Made by a program: the position numbers and the translations under genes. The notes beneath the pieces are model-generated. The model searched no databases and was not told where the DNA came from. It was given only the letters and a program-made list of their open reading frames with translations. DNA of 63,264 nt, counting the filler, from Basidiobolus ranarum (Eukaryota): the NCBI GenBank assembly GCA_040143965.1. It is 57 parts of 57 records of this genome, joined end to end, with 100 filler letters (N's around TTAATTAATTAA, not from the genome) between each part and the next. Parts side by side here need not be neighbours in the genome. Positions count along the whole stretch, not along the records: positions 24,577 to 25,589 come from JASJQH010013698.1; positions 25,690 to 26,702 come from JASJQH010013699.1; positions 26,803 to 27,815 come from JASJQH010013700.1; positions 27,916 to 28,928 come from JASJQH010013701.1; positions 29,029 to 30,040 come from JASJQH010013702.1; positions 30,141 to 31,151 come from JASJQH010013703.1; positions 31,252 to 32,262 come from JASJQH010013704.1; positions 32,363 to 33,372 come from JASJQH010013705.1; 49 more parts are not named here. One strand, given 5' to 3'. Below are positions 24,577 through 36,972 of this stretch, in pieces (within the stretch, counting starts at the first letter, position 1; every line of letters begins with the position of its first letter).

Positions 24577-25045
24577 ACTATATAAGTCACCATATACTCT
24601 TAAGAATAAAGTAACTAAAACACACTATCATAAGTTGCTTCTAATACTCAAAGTCTACCCCCATTATGTCAAGATCCTCCAACATGAAAAAATGTATTAC
24701 TCTGAATGAATCTAAATACATCTCAGAGATTGTCAGACATTACTGGATGGACAATTGTAAGCCAGTAGCAACTCCCATGGATCCAGGTGTGAAACTGGTC
24801 AAAAATCCTATCAAAAATGATGAAAATCAGCCAAATATGGCTCAAAGTATGTCATTTGCAAGCCCTGAGTTCCTTTATCAATCTATGGCATGTAGTTTGA
24901 TCTATGCTATAACTGGAACCCAGCCTAATATATCTTTTGCAGTGGGAGTAGTCAGCCAACATGTGCAAAACCCTGGATCTGAGCATTACGCAGCAGTTGA
25001 GTGGATTATCAGGTATTTGAAGGGGACAATTCATCTGTGATTAAG
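24577..25045 (+). mobile_element. LTR-C end (to 24684) followed by copia RT C-terminal part
   Basis: CKPVATPMD..YQSM..SLIYA..T.P.ISFAVG..RYLKGT. Confidence 0.85.
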
Positions 25046-25227
25046 GGACTTGTTCCATTGTGCCAGGATTTATTGGACCTTGGATCAATATATTAGAGTA
25101 AATGTGATTGACTTTGATCATGCGCAAGGGTGACGGATAGTGCCAAATTGTGCCGCATAAATTTTAGAATACTTTATCCAATATGATATATACAGCACAA
25201 TCTGGCACTATCACAGAGAACAAGTCC
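25046..25227. mobile_element. 182-bp MITE, TIR GGACTTGTTC/GAACAAGTCC, 3-bp TSD (AAG)
   Basis: The empty site GTGATTAAGATACAC is seen in the homologous copia copy near 27935-27950(-). Perfect 10-bp TIR with duplicated AAG. Confidence 0.88.
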
Positions 25228-25246
25228 AAGATACACATATTCTCAT

Positions 25247-26702
25247 CCCTAACAAAAATAAAATCAATTTGATCCAGATTGGATCCACCCTCCAAAATAG
25301 CAACACCATCAGAGAACTGTCACAATATTGCTGGCTTGCATTCTGCCAGGGATTTTGATGGTGTAACGGTGGGTTCTTGATGGTATCTTAACAGTATTCA
25401 TACATGTTAAAATATTGATCCTCAAATTTGGCATGCATTATTCAATATGCAGCAATTTTTGCAAAAATATAATTTTTGAATGGCAAATTACTGGGTTTAC
25501 TGCTGTATGAATTTGAATTAATATGCATGCCTTTATTTAGATATTTTGGCCCTTGTATTCCAGCCTTAATGAGAATCAAAAAATACAAGNNNNNNNNNNN
25601 NNNNNNNNNNNNNNNNNNNNNNNNNNNNNNNNNTTAATTAATTAANNNNNNNNNNNNNNNNNNNNNNNNNNNNNNNNNNNNNNNNNNNNATGATATTGTG
25701 ACGGTTCTCTGACGGTTTTGCTATTTTGGAGGGTGGATCCAATCCGGATCAAATCGATTTTATTTTTGTTAGGGATCTACTTGTGGCAGGACATTTGTTG
25801 ACTGCAGGTTGGGGATATATTGGCTGAATTCTTTATGGAAATTTGCCAAAATCCAAGAGCTTATTCTCATGGTGAAGGGTAACAAGAGTTAGCTATTTGC
25901 CAAGTATCAGTAGTGTTAAAAATTTCAGATGTTTAGCAATTCTTACACCATTAGTTTGCTGGTAAAGCATATTGATGTTGTTGAGTTATGTCTAATCAGT
26001 CAAGTATGTGCATATGTAGAAACTAAACACAAAGAGATTCTTGTATTTTTTGATTCTCATTATGGCTGGAACACAAAGCATAAAATATCTAACAAAAGCC
26101 ATGCATATTAATTCAAATTCCTTCAGCAGTAAACCCAGTAATTTGCCATTTGAAAATTATATTTTGCAAAAATTGCCGGATATGGAATAATGCATGCCAA
26201 ATTTGAGGATCAATATTTTAACATGAATGAATACGGTAACAATACCATCAAGAAACTGCCATCAAACCATCAAAATCCCTGGTGGAATGCAAGCCACCAA
26301 TATTGTGAAGGTTCTCTGATGGTTTTGCTCTTTTGGGGGGTGGATCCAATCCGGATCAAATCAATTTTATTTTTATTAGGGTAAAGTATTTGGGAGCCTG
26401 TTGGAAGTGGTTTGGAGAATTGGAGGAATTGGTGCTTTTCACTTATTGATTTATTGAGTAGAGAGTTGACATTTATAATTTTGTCAAGATGTAAACAAAC
26501 TAACATGTAGAATATGTTAAGGAAGGTCCCAGGAAATTGTCTGCAAAGTTTGGGGCTTCTAGCACAAGTTTGAAAAAATCTATATATCTGAGAACTTCTA
26601 AGTTGGTAAAAATATTCTATGTAAATTCCAACTGAGAATAACTGATAATATCTTTGTGAGTTATAAGATAACTAAGTACTAAGTTATACATGACTATATA
26701 GG
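25247..26702. mobile_element. CACTA terminus B copies (25247, 25774, 26381) and LTR-A (26382-26702), spanning two contigs
   Basis: CCCTAACAAAAATAAAATC / TTTTGTTAGGG ends. The 25774 end abuts the element's own internal sequence. Confidence 0.8.
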
Positions 26703-26802
26703 NNNNNNNNNNNNNNNNNNNNNNNNNNNNNNNNNNNNNNNNNNNNTTAATTAATTAANNNNNNNNNNNNNNNNNNNNNNNNNNNNNNNNNNNNNNNNNN
26801 NN

Positions 26803-27815
26803 TAATTTGCTTTTTCATCAAACATCACATCTCTGCACTTAATCAACTTCTGATTTTTGGTATTAAACAGTATGTAGGCCTTGGATCCATCACAGTAACC
26901 AAGAAATATGCATTTTCTGCTTTTAGTTTCCAATTTTGATCATTTTTGAGCTGGAATTAGGCAATATGCTATGCAACCAAAGATCCTGAGATGATCCACA
27001 CTTGCTTTTAACCCATATAGGGCTTTAAATGGAGTAGAATTTTGTAGCAATCTTGTTGGGCATCTGTGTTTGATTTAGACTGCAGTGGAGAGAGATTCAG
27101 CGCAATATTGGTAATCCAACTTTTGATCAAGTAACACTGATCTTGCCATCTCCACTATGGTCCTGTTAGCATGTTCTGCAACTGCATTTTGCTGTGGAGT
27201 ATAAGGTACAGTAGTTTGTTGCTTAATTCCATGTTTAGAGCAAAAACTAGTAAAGTTTTTAGAGCAGTATTCTCCACCATTATCACTCCTCAGTACCCTT
27301 ACTTCTTGTGCTGATTCTTTCTCTACCATTGCTTTGTAGTGCTTGAATGTAGCTAAGGCTTCAGATTTTGATTTGAGAAAGAATACCCACGTATATCTTG
27401 TTTTGTCATCAATAAAGGTCATAAAGTACCTTTTCCCACCCAGTGAGATGTATTTCATGGGCCCACAAAAGTCAGAATGAATCAGGGAAAAATTCTGAGT
27501 GGATTTGATCTCTCCTGAGCTTGAAACTGGCTGTCTGTGATGTTTTCCATATATGCAACCATCACACAGATCTAATTTGGTGATATTTCCAATTTCCAAG
27601 CCTGAAACAAGCTGATTTTGGATCATTTGGGTCAGTTTTTGTTCCCCAATATAGCCTAATCTTTTTTGCCACATTGGACAACTTATTTCACCAGGTTTGC
27701 CCAGGTTTGCATGCTAAGAGCACAATTTGTTGATTTCTAGCTTGTGTAAGTTTTGAGTTTTGATCCCAGTAGCTAATTTGGTATTATTCTGATCTGTGAT
27801 TGTGCATCCAGCCTT
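26803..27815 (-). mobile_element. Copia family 2 integrase
   Basis: LIHSDFCGPM..FIDDKTRY..LRSDNGGEY..PQQNAVAE. Confidence 0.92.
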
Positions 27816-27915
27816 NNNNNNNNNNNNNNNNNNNNNNNNNNNNNNNNNNNNNNNNNNNNTTAATTAATTAANNNNNNNNNNNNNNNNNNNNNNNNNNNNN
27901 NNNNNNNNNNNNNNN

Positions 27916-28928
27916 CTTATTCTCATAAGAATATGTGTATCTTAATCACAGATCAATTGTCCTGCTCAAATATCTGAAAATCCCCTTAACTGCTGCATAA
28001 TGCTCAGATCCTGGGTTTTGCACATGTTGGTTAACTACTCCCACTGCAAAAGAGATATCTGGCTGGGTTCCAGTCATAGCATAAATCAAACTACCTACCA
28101 TAGATTGATAAGGGTACTCAGGGCTTCCTAATGACAAATTCCCTAACAAAAATTAAATTGATTAGATCCGGATTGGATCCACACTCCAAAATAGCAAAAC
28201 CATCAGAGAACCGTCACCATACTGTTGGCTTGCATTCTGCCAGGGATTTTGATGGTGTGATGGTGGTTTCTTAATGGTATCTTAACAGTATTCATACATG
28301 CTGAAATATTGATCTCAAATTTGGCATGCGTTATTCAACATCCAGCAATTTTTGCAAAAATATAATTTTTGAATGGCATATTACTGGGTTTACTGCTGTA
28401 GGAATTAGAATTAATATGCATGCCTTTATTTAGATATTTTAGGCTTTGTATTCCACTCATAATGAGAATCAAAAAATGCAAGAATCTTGTTGTGTTTAGT
28501 CTCTACATATGCACATACTTTACTGATTAGGCATAACTCAAAAACATCAATATGCTTTACCTGCAAGCTGATGGTGGAAAAATTGCTAAACATCTGAAAT
28601 TTTGAATAGTACTCACACTTGGCAAATAGCTGACTCTTGTTACCATTAACAATAAGAATAAGCTCTTGGATTTTAGCAAATTTCCATGAAGAATTCAGCC
28701 AATATATCCCCAACTTGCAGTCAACAAATGTCCGGCCACAAGTAGATGTGTCATTGCTTGAATAGTTCACCCATGGCTATAACCATAATACTCTGTATCT
28801 CCATCTATCTCACCAAGAAGTCTGTCTTGCAGCTTTCCTAAAAATACCACCAGAGTATCACACAAGCAAATTAGTTTGATTATAAAGGTACTCACTCTGT
28901 GTCCATGGATTGGGCTTTGTTGCTGTTA
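27916..28928 (-). mobile_element. CACTA 3' region with terminus B at 28141, inserted in copia RT (27916-28140)
   Basis: CCCTAACAAAAAT at 28141; YQSMVGSLIYAMTGT in the flank. Confidence 0.85.
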
Positions 28929-29028
28929 NNNNNNNNNNNNNNNNNNNNNNNNNNNNNNNNNNNNNNNNNNNNTTAATTAATTAANNNNNNNNNNNNNNNN
29001 NNNNNNNNNNNNNNNNNNNNNNNNNNNN

Positions 29029-29058
29029 GACAGTCATGGTTTTAGTAGTGGACGACAT
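29029..29058 (-). CDS. Putative gene start MSSTTKTMTV (truncated by contig end)
   Basis: ATG at 29058, TATAAAA about 50 nt upstream, CpG-retaining host-like contig; paralogous to 30017-30040. Confidence 0.5.
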
Positions 29059-30016
29059 ATTGGATAGGTATACGATGATGATTATTTCATTGAATATGCG
29101 CAAGCTTTTATATGTTTTCAATACCTTATCTATATCTGGGACATATTTAGTAAATAAAATTAAAACAGCCCAATTCATACATTCGAGTGTGAGATCATTG
29201 TAACTTATCATAGTTATTTGTAAATCTATGATATTCAACCATCATCTTGTTCGAACTTTATCTGCCACGTTCTGCTCTCACCTAACTAAGAGCTATGATG
29301 GTGGAAAAATTGTTTGGATGTGCAAATATGGTTACCGCGATTCACATGTATCAGGAACTTCCTTTTATGTAGCTTTTCCGCGCGCAGAAATGTCGATTTT
29401 ATGATTCGTTGACGGAAATGGCGGAAATAGAAATACGAAGATTTTTGAATCTAGGTCAACCACTATATTACTATGCAGCTAGTACGATCATAATAACTAT
29501 ACGATAAACATCTCCGAGCAGTAAATTGATGAGTGTTAAATGTTGAATTTCATACTAAGCTTTCATCTCGTGGTTGTCCTCAAAGCAAGTGACATAACTG
29601 ACCACTAGCGATAACAAAATTTTATTCAAGAACCGCATGGCCTAGCCAGAACGTACCGGATCGAGATTACCTGCGACTTCCGGTATAGCCCGTCTTTTAG
29701 AACTGAAAATAATATAGTAAACAATTGAACTAACTTAGCAAACCAAGGTATCTATACCAACCGCCCTACTTATTTAGAAGAAATTCAAAAATGTGGAAGC
29801 AGTGTTACCATATATGATGGATTTGAAATAAAACATATTGGGAAAATGGATATTCATTTAGCACTCGAATTACTGAGTATGCTTGGAACATTGCCTCAAC
29901 TGGATTGGAAATCTCCATTGGTTAATCCATAAGGAAATCTTGTGTTGAGAATTTGCTTTAAATAGGGACCGTAAGGAAGTTAAAAACCAACCACACCAAT
30001 ATCTCTAATATTAAAA

Positions 30017-30040
30017 ATGGCTGCTAAAACTATGACCGTT
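30017..30040 (+). CDS. Putative gene start MAAKTMTV (truncated by contig end)
   Basis: AAAAATGG start context. KTMTV is shared with the opposite contig end, differing only at synonymous sites. Confidence 0.5.
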
Positions 30041-30140
30041 NNNNNNNNNNNNNNNNNNNNNNNNNNNNNNNNNNNNNNNNNNNNTTAATTAATTAANNNN
30101 NNNNNNNNNNNNNNNNNNNNNNNNNNNNNNNNNNNNNNNN

Positions 30141-31151
30141 GAGAATTAGAGGGATTGGTGGTTTTCACTTATTGATTTATTGAATAGAAAGTTGACATTT
30201 ATAGTTTTGTTAAGATGTCAACAAATCAATATGTAGAATGTGTTAAGAAAGGTCCCAGGATCATGTGTGCAAAGTTTGGGGCTTCTAGCACAAGTTTGAA
30301 AAGTCTATATATCTGAGAACTTCTAAGTTGGTAAAAATATTTTAAGTAAATTCCTTATGAGAATAATGGATAATATCTTAGTAAATTATAAGATAACTAA
30401 GTACTAAGCTATACATAACTATATAGGTGCTTAGGCAAAGCTAATTTCAACAGTGTTAATGGGCACAGGTGGTAAGCCAAAAGGAAGATACTCAGTATAA
30501 ACCAAATGTACAATAGGACAAAAACCTGGAATAATGGGGATCAAAAAAGGTGCCTTGGAGGCAAGATATTGCTTCCAAAGGTCTAGCTGGAAGACTATAG
30601 CAACAATTTTTGGCTGTTTTGTTTCATGTAGTTGTAAATGTTAAAGTATTTGGGAGCCTGTTGGAAGTGGTTTGGAGAATTAGAGGAATTGATGGTTTTC
30701 ACTTATTGATTTATTGAATAGAAAGTTGACATTTATAGTTTTGTCAAGATGTAAGCAAACTAACATGTAGAATGTGTTGAGTAAGGTCCCAGGAACATGT
30801 CTGCAAAGTTTGGGGCTTCTAGCTCAAGTTTGAAAAATCTATATATCTGAGAACTTCAAGTTGGTAAAAGATATTTTAAGTAAATTCCGATTTATAATAA
30901 TTGATAATATCTTAGTGAATTATAAGATAACTAAGTACTAAGCTATATATGACCATATAGGTGTTTAGGCAATGCTAATTTCAACACTCTCCCTCAACTA
31001 AATAGTCATAGAAACTAATCCTAATAAAGTTCTAACTTTCTCAAATGGTTTGGTTAATATATCCGCAATCATATCTTCTGTAGAACACTAAGTGACGGCA
31101 ATAAACTTCTTCTCTATAGTCTCTCTACTGAAGTGAGGCGTAATATCTATA
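30141..31151 (-). mobile_element. LTR-A partial (30141-30452) and complete 348-bp 3' LTR-A (30639-30986) with PPT and RNase H end
   Basis: TG...CA termini and PPT AGTTGAGGGAGAG on the minus strand. Confidence 0.9.
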
Positions 31152-31251
31152 NNNNNNNNNNNNNNNNNNNNNNNNNNNNNNNNNNNNNNNNNNNNTTAAT
31201 TAATTAANNNNNNNNNNNNNNNNNNNNNNNNNNNNNNNNNNNNNNNNNNNN

Positions 31252-32262
31252 GGAGGAACTTTAGAAAAGTGGAGTTGTGAATAGCTTTGTGAGATAATTA
31301 TTTATTGTCCAGAAATAAAGCATTTATACATTTTGGTGGAAATACAGAAAACTAACACTGGGTTTGTGTTCAAAACATCTGTGGGAGTAAAAAGAGCTAT
31401 CTGTTGGGCAATTTGGATGAGTTTGAAATTTCCAATATGGAATTACTAATTCTCACATTATTCACATATATATATTATATGTTCCAATTTTCAGTTAAGT
31501 GATATTTGACTAAATAATGTTAACTAACTTATATGTAATATATGAAATAGTTAGTTGTATAAAGATAGAGATAACAAATATGATAAAGACAATAAACTTC
31601 AACGAAAACACTGGTGGAGACTGAAACAGGAATTAAAATTAAGAAAATACATACTGAAAATGGTGGAGAATATACTTCAACACTATTTAAGCACTTTTGC
31701 AAAGTTCATGGGATTAAGCTAGAAACTACTGCCCCCTATTCATCTCAACAAAATGGAGTTGCTGAAGGAGCTAACAGGACTATAATAGAAATGGCAAGAT
31801 CTATGATCAATGCACAAAATGTATCTCATAACTTTTGGGTGGAATCTGTTACTACAGCTGCATATCTGAAGGATAGGAGTTTTACTAGAAGTCTGTCTAA
31901 CTCTACATCATATAAAGCTTGGTTTGGAGTTAAACCAGATGTAGAACATTTGAGGATCCTTGCATGCATTGCTTGGGTCAAAATCATGACCAAAAATTGG
32001 TCTGAATATGATTCAAAAGTAAGAAATGCATATTTCTGCATTATTGTACTCAAACAAAGGTCAGTGGATGTTAAAGTTTATTATCTTTATCATATTTGTT
32101 ATCTCTACCTTTACATACCTAACTACTTCATATATCACATATAAGTTAGCTAACAATACTTAGTCAAATATCACCCTGCTTAAAATCGGAACACATATTA
32201 TATTTATATGTGAATAATGTGGGAATTAGCAATTTCATATTGGAAATTTCAAACTCATCCAA
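31252..32262. mobile_element. Copia integrase fragment (31604-32060, +) flanked by two opposed LTR-E copies
   Basis: ENGGEY..QQNGVAE.ANRT; TAAACTTCAACG at 31603 and TGTTAAAGTTTATT at 32069. Confidence 0.8.
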
Positions 32263-32362
32263 NNNNNNNNNNNNNNNNNNNNNNNNNNNNNNNNNNNNNN
32301 NNNNNNTTAATTAATTAANNNNNNNNNNNNNNNNNNNNNNNNNNNNNNNNNNNNNNNNNNNN

Positions 32363-33372
32363 TGAGCACAATAACAGCAACAACGCCCAATCCATGGGCA
32401 CAGAATAAGTACCTCTATAATTGTACTAATTTGCCTGTGTGATAATTTGATGGTATTTCAAGGAAAGCTGCAAGACATACTTCTTGTTGAAATAGATTGA
32501 GATATGCGATATTAGCATTTCAGCCATAGGGTAATCTATACAAGCAATGACATATCTGCTTGTGGCAGGATCTTTGTTGACTGCAAGTTGGGGATATATT
32601 GGCTGAATTCTTTGTGGAAATTTGCCAAAATCCACAAGATTGTTCCCATTGTGAATGGTAACAAGAGTCAGCTATTTGCCAAGTGTCAGTGCTATTCAAA
32701 ATTATAGAATTTTAGCAATTTTTCCACTATTAGTTTACTGGTAAAGCATTTTGATGTTGTTGAGTTATGTCTGATCAATCAAGTATGTGCATATGTAGAG
32801 ACTAAACACAACAAGATTCTTGTATTTTTTAATTTTCATTATGGCTGGAATACAAAGCCTAAAATAACAGAATAGAGGCATGCATATAAATTCAAATTCC
32901 TACAGCAGTAAAACCAGTAATTTGCCATTTGAAAACTATATTTTTGCAAAAATTGCCAGCTATTGAATCATGCATGCCAAATTTGAGGATAAATATTTTA
33001 ACATGTATGAATACCATCAAAATACCATCAAGAAACCACTATTGCACCATCAAAATCCTTGGCAGAATGCAAGCCACTAATATTGTAACTGTTCTCTGAT
33101 GGTTTTGCTCTTTTGGAGGGTGGATCCAATCTGGATCAAATCACTTCTATTTTTGATAGGGAATTTTGGGTCATTGTGTAGGCTTAATGGTCCAACACAT
33201 CTTCTGCTCTGCTAGATTGTCATGGTGATGTTCATATTTATGGTGGGGGATTGCTTGAAATCCTGTATGAGAATGGATGGAGGTAGCAGCATGTTGCGGT
33301 AGCTCAAGTACAGCATTCTGAAGTTCTTGTATCATTGTGGAGTGACTCTCTAACTGCAGACTAGTTGCTTCC
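32363..33372 (+). mobile_element. CACTA 3' region ending at 33161, inserted in a family-Y copy
   Basis: TTTTGATAGGG followed by family-Y sequence. Confidence 0.8.
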
Positions 33373-33472
33373 NNNNNNNNNNNNNNNNNNNNNNNNNNNN
33401 NNNNNNNNNNNNNNNNTTAATTAATTAANNNNNNNNNNNNNNNNNNNNNNNNNNNNNNNNNNNNNNNNNNNN

Positions 33473-34482
33473 GTTTCCTGGCTTATTTCGCCTTCTGGAT
33501 GATCTTCTGGGTCCTGAATCATCCTTTGATGTAATTGGGACTGAAATTTTGGTTGAATAGGGCTCAGATACAGCTGGAATTTTGTCCGACACTTCTTGAA
33601 TAGTGCTGATTGTGTTTTCTGGATCAAGAATGGTGATTTGAGGTGAAAAATTTGCTTTTTCATCAAAAATCATATCTCTGCACTTAATTAACTTCTATTT
33701 TTGGTATCAAACAGTCTGTAGGCCTTGGATCCATTACAGTAACCAAGAAACATGAATTTTCTGCTTTTGGGTTCCAATTTTGAGCATTTTTGAGCTGGAA
33801 TTAGGCAATATGCTTTGCAACCAACTATCCTGTGATGATCCAGACTTGGTTTTGATCCATAGAGGGCTTCAAATGGAGTAAAATTTTGTAGCAATTTTGT
33901 TGGGCATCAGTATTTGATATAGACTGCAGTGGAGACAGATTCAGCCCAATATTGGTATTCTAACTTTTGATCATGTAACATTGTTCTTGCTATCTCCACT
34001 ATGGTCCTATTAGCAAGTTCTGCAACTCCATTTTGCTGTGGAGTTTAAGGTACATTAGTTTGTTGCTTAATTCCATGTTTAGAGCAAAAACTAGTAAAGT
34101 CTTTGGAGCAGTATTCTCCACCATTATCACTCCTTAGTAGCCTTATTTTTTGTGCTGATTCTTTCTCTACCATTGCTTTGTAGTGCTTGAATGTAGCTAA
34201 GGTTTCAGATTTTGATTTGAGAAAGAACACCCAAGTATATCTTGTTTTGTCATCAATAAAGGTTGCAAACTACCTTTTCCCACCCAGTGAGACATTTTTC
34301 ATGGGCCCACATAGGTCAGAATGAATCAGGAAAAATTCTGAGTGGATTTGATCTCTCCGGAGCTTGAAAACAGCTGTCTGTGATGTTTACTATATATGCA
34401 ACCTTCACACAGATCCAATTTAGTGATAGTTCCAATTTCTAAGCCTGAAACAAGCTAATTTTGGATTATTTGGGTCAGTTTT
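33473..34482 (-). mobile_element. Copia family 2 integrase, decayed
   Basis: Near-identical to 26803-27640. Confidence 0.9.
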
Positions 34483-34582
34483 NNNNNNNNNNNNNNNNNN
34501 NNNNNNNNNNNNNNNNNNNNNNNNNNTTAATTAATTAANNNNNNNNNNNNNNNNNNNNNNNNNNNNNNNNNNNNNNNNNNNN

Positions 34583-35592
34583 ATGTTGACCTTAATTATT
34601 ACAGGACCAATTGTAGTATATCAGAAGTTGAAGAAGAAGACATTGGTTTTGTTAGAGACTCTTTGTTATTGGCAAACATTAGTCCACTCATGACACTTAC
34701 TGTAAAAGAAGCAGCTTTGATGATTGACAAGTGAAGAGTTCAATCCAATCTTAACAACAAGGCATCTATTGGTTTTCTTACACCTTTACCATAGTTAATT
34801 GGTAACTGTTGCTTGCCGCAGACCTGGTACAAGTGGAAAACACTTGTCAATTGTATGACTTATAATCCTTCAGTAATTAAACTACCTTCATGTCCTAATG
34901 TTTGTTTGGCATTCACCAGTGATCTGAAAACCTAAAGTCATGTACTGTTTACACACAATTGACAATCACTGAATCAGGTAAATATTGTTCATATTTGGCT
35001 TACATTCCATTGATTCCCTGTCTTAAAGTTTTGATGAAATCACCCAAATATAAATCATTGATCCTATACCAAAGTACTCACTATAAAGCTGATGGTATTA
35101 CCAATATAGTTGATGGATATCACTACCAGAATTTGAAAAGTCCCGGTTTCTTTGAGAACACATATGATCATACATTTGCATTGGCTCTGGATAGTTTCTC
35201 ACTGAACAAATATACTGTTGGAAAGGCTTGCTGGCCAATAATTTTAATCAACTTAAATCTTCCTCCTTCTGAATCCTATAAGGGTAATAATATTTGGATT
35301 TTATCCATCATATCTGGACCTAAATCATTAGTGCTTATAGATAGCTTCTTGGAGCCTTTAATTGTGGAATTTGAATGGTAATCTAATGGGGTGCAGATGG
35401 GTGAATATTTTATTAAAGCTAATATTGTTGTATTTATTAGCAACAGTCCTGCCATCAGTAAACTTGGAGGTTTTGTGGGCACAAAGCACTATCTTGCTGT
35501 AGATTTTGTCAAATCAATGGAGTTTACTCTATCAGGCATACACATTATTACCACCCAAATACAGCACCAAACTCAATGATTTTACCATCAAG
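34583..35592 (+). mobile_element. CACTA/EnSpm transposase catalytic N-half (Transposase_21-like)
   Basis: ALALD(S/G)F..WPIILINLNLPP.E.Y..ISGPK..DSFLEPLI.E, then PAISKLGGF and C..C. Second copy at 54925-55531. Confidence 0.9.
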
Positions 35593-35692
35593 NNNNNNNN
35601 NNNNNNNNNNNNNNNNNNNNNNNNNNNNNNNNNNNNTTAATTAATTAANNNNNNNNNNNNNNNNNNNNNNNNNNNNNNNNNNNNNNNNNNNN

Positions 35693-36702
35693 GTGTGCTT
35701 GAGCTAGGCAGAGAAATAGCAGTTTCACTAATATGAAGTTGCTGAGGCTTCAGTAGGGAAGTATTTTGTTGGCCAAAGGCCTCATCCTTTTCTTTAATCT
35801 GATATTATGCTCTACAAGGTAGGGCATCAGCTTTTCCTTGCTGGTTACCTAGTCAATATGCAATCACAAAATCAAGACTGGCAATAAATAATGACCATCT
35901 TGCTTGATTCCAGTTGAGAACTTTGGTTATACTCAAGTAATGGATATTTGAATGGTCACAATAAACTGTAATTGTTGCTATCAAATATAAGATTAATGTG
36001 ATCTGGATTGGATCCACCATTCTGGATCACAAAACTGTCCAAGAACTGTCACAAAAATGGTGGCTTGCATTCTGCCAGGTATTTTGATGGTGTGATGACA
36101 GTTTCTTGATGGTATTTTTATGGCATTCATACATGTCAAAATAGTGATTCTCATATTTGGTGTGTGTTATTTAGTTTCCAGGAATTTTTGCAAAATATAA
36201 TTTTTGAATGGCAAATTACTGGGCTTACTGCTGTAGAGATTCAAATTAATATACATGCCTTTATTTTAATATTTCAAGCTTTGAATTCCAGCCATAATGG
36301 AATAAAAAAAACAAGAATCTTGTTGTATTTAGTGTCTACATATGCACTTACTTGACTGATCAGGCATAATTCAAAGACATCAATATGCTTTACCAGCAAA
36401 CTAATGGTGGAAAAATTGCTAAATATCTAAAATTTCGAATAGCACTGACACTTGATAAATAGCTGACTCTTGTTACCATTCACAATGAGAATAAGTTTGT
36501 GGATTTTGGCAAATTTCCATAAAGAATTCAGCCAAAATATCCACAACTTGCAGTCAACAATTGACCTACCACAAGTAGATGTGTCATTGCCTGAATAGAT
36601 TACCCCATGGCTAAAACAATAATACTGCATATCTCAATCTATCTCACCAAGAAGTCTGTCTTGCAGCTTTCATAGAAAAACCATCAGATTATCATACAAA
36701 CA
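35693..36702 (-). mobile_element. Gypsy RNase H end (35693-35975) and CACTA 3' region (35980-36702)
   Basis: KVLN..QARWSLF..GKADAL motif; the rest is colinear with CACTA copies. Confidence 0.75.
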
Positions 36703-36972
36703 NNNNNNNNNNNNNNNNNNNNNNNNNNNNNNNNNNNNNNNNNNNNTTAATTAATTAANNNNNNNNNNNNNNNNNNNNNNNNNNNNNNNNNNNNNNNNNN
36801 NNAGCAGGGTCTTGAACAAGGATGCACTAGTAGTGATTTATCCAAGGATATGAAAAGTTCCTTGCCTATGCAGATAAAGCTAGGCAAAAGAATATAAAGT
36901 ATCAGAAATATAACACCTACCTGTCAGTACTTTCTTTGAGCTGGTTAAGTCCTTTCTAGTCACACAGTAGCC

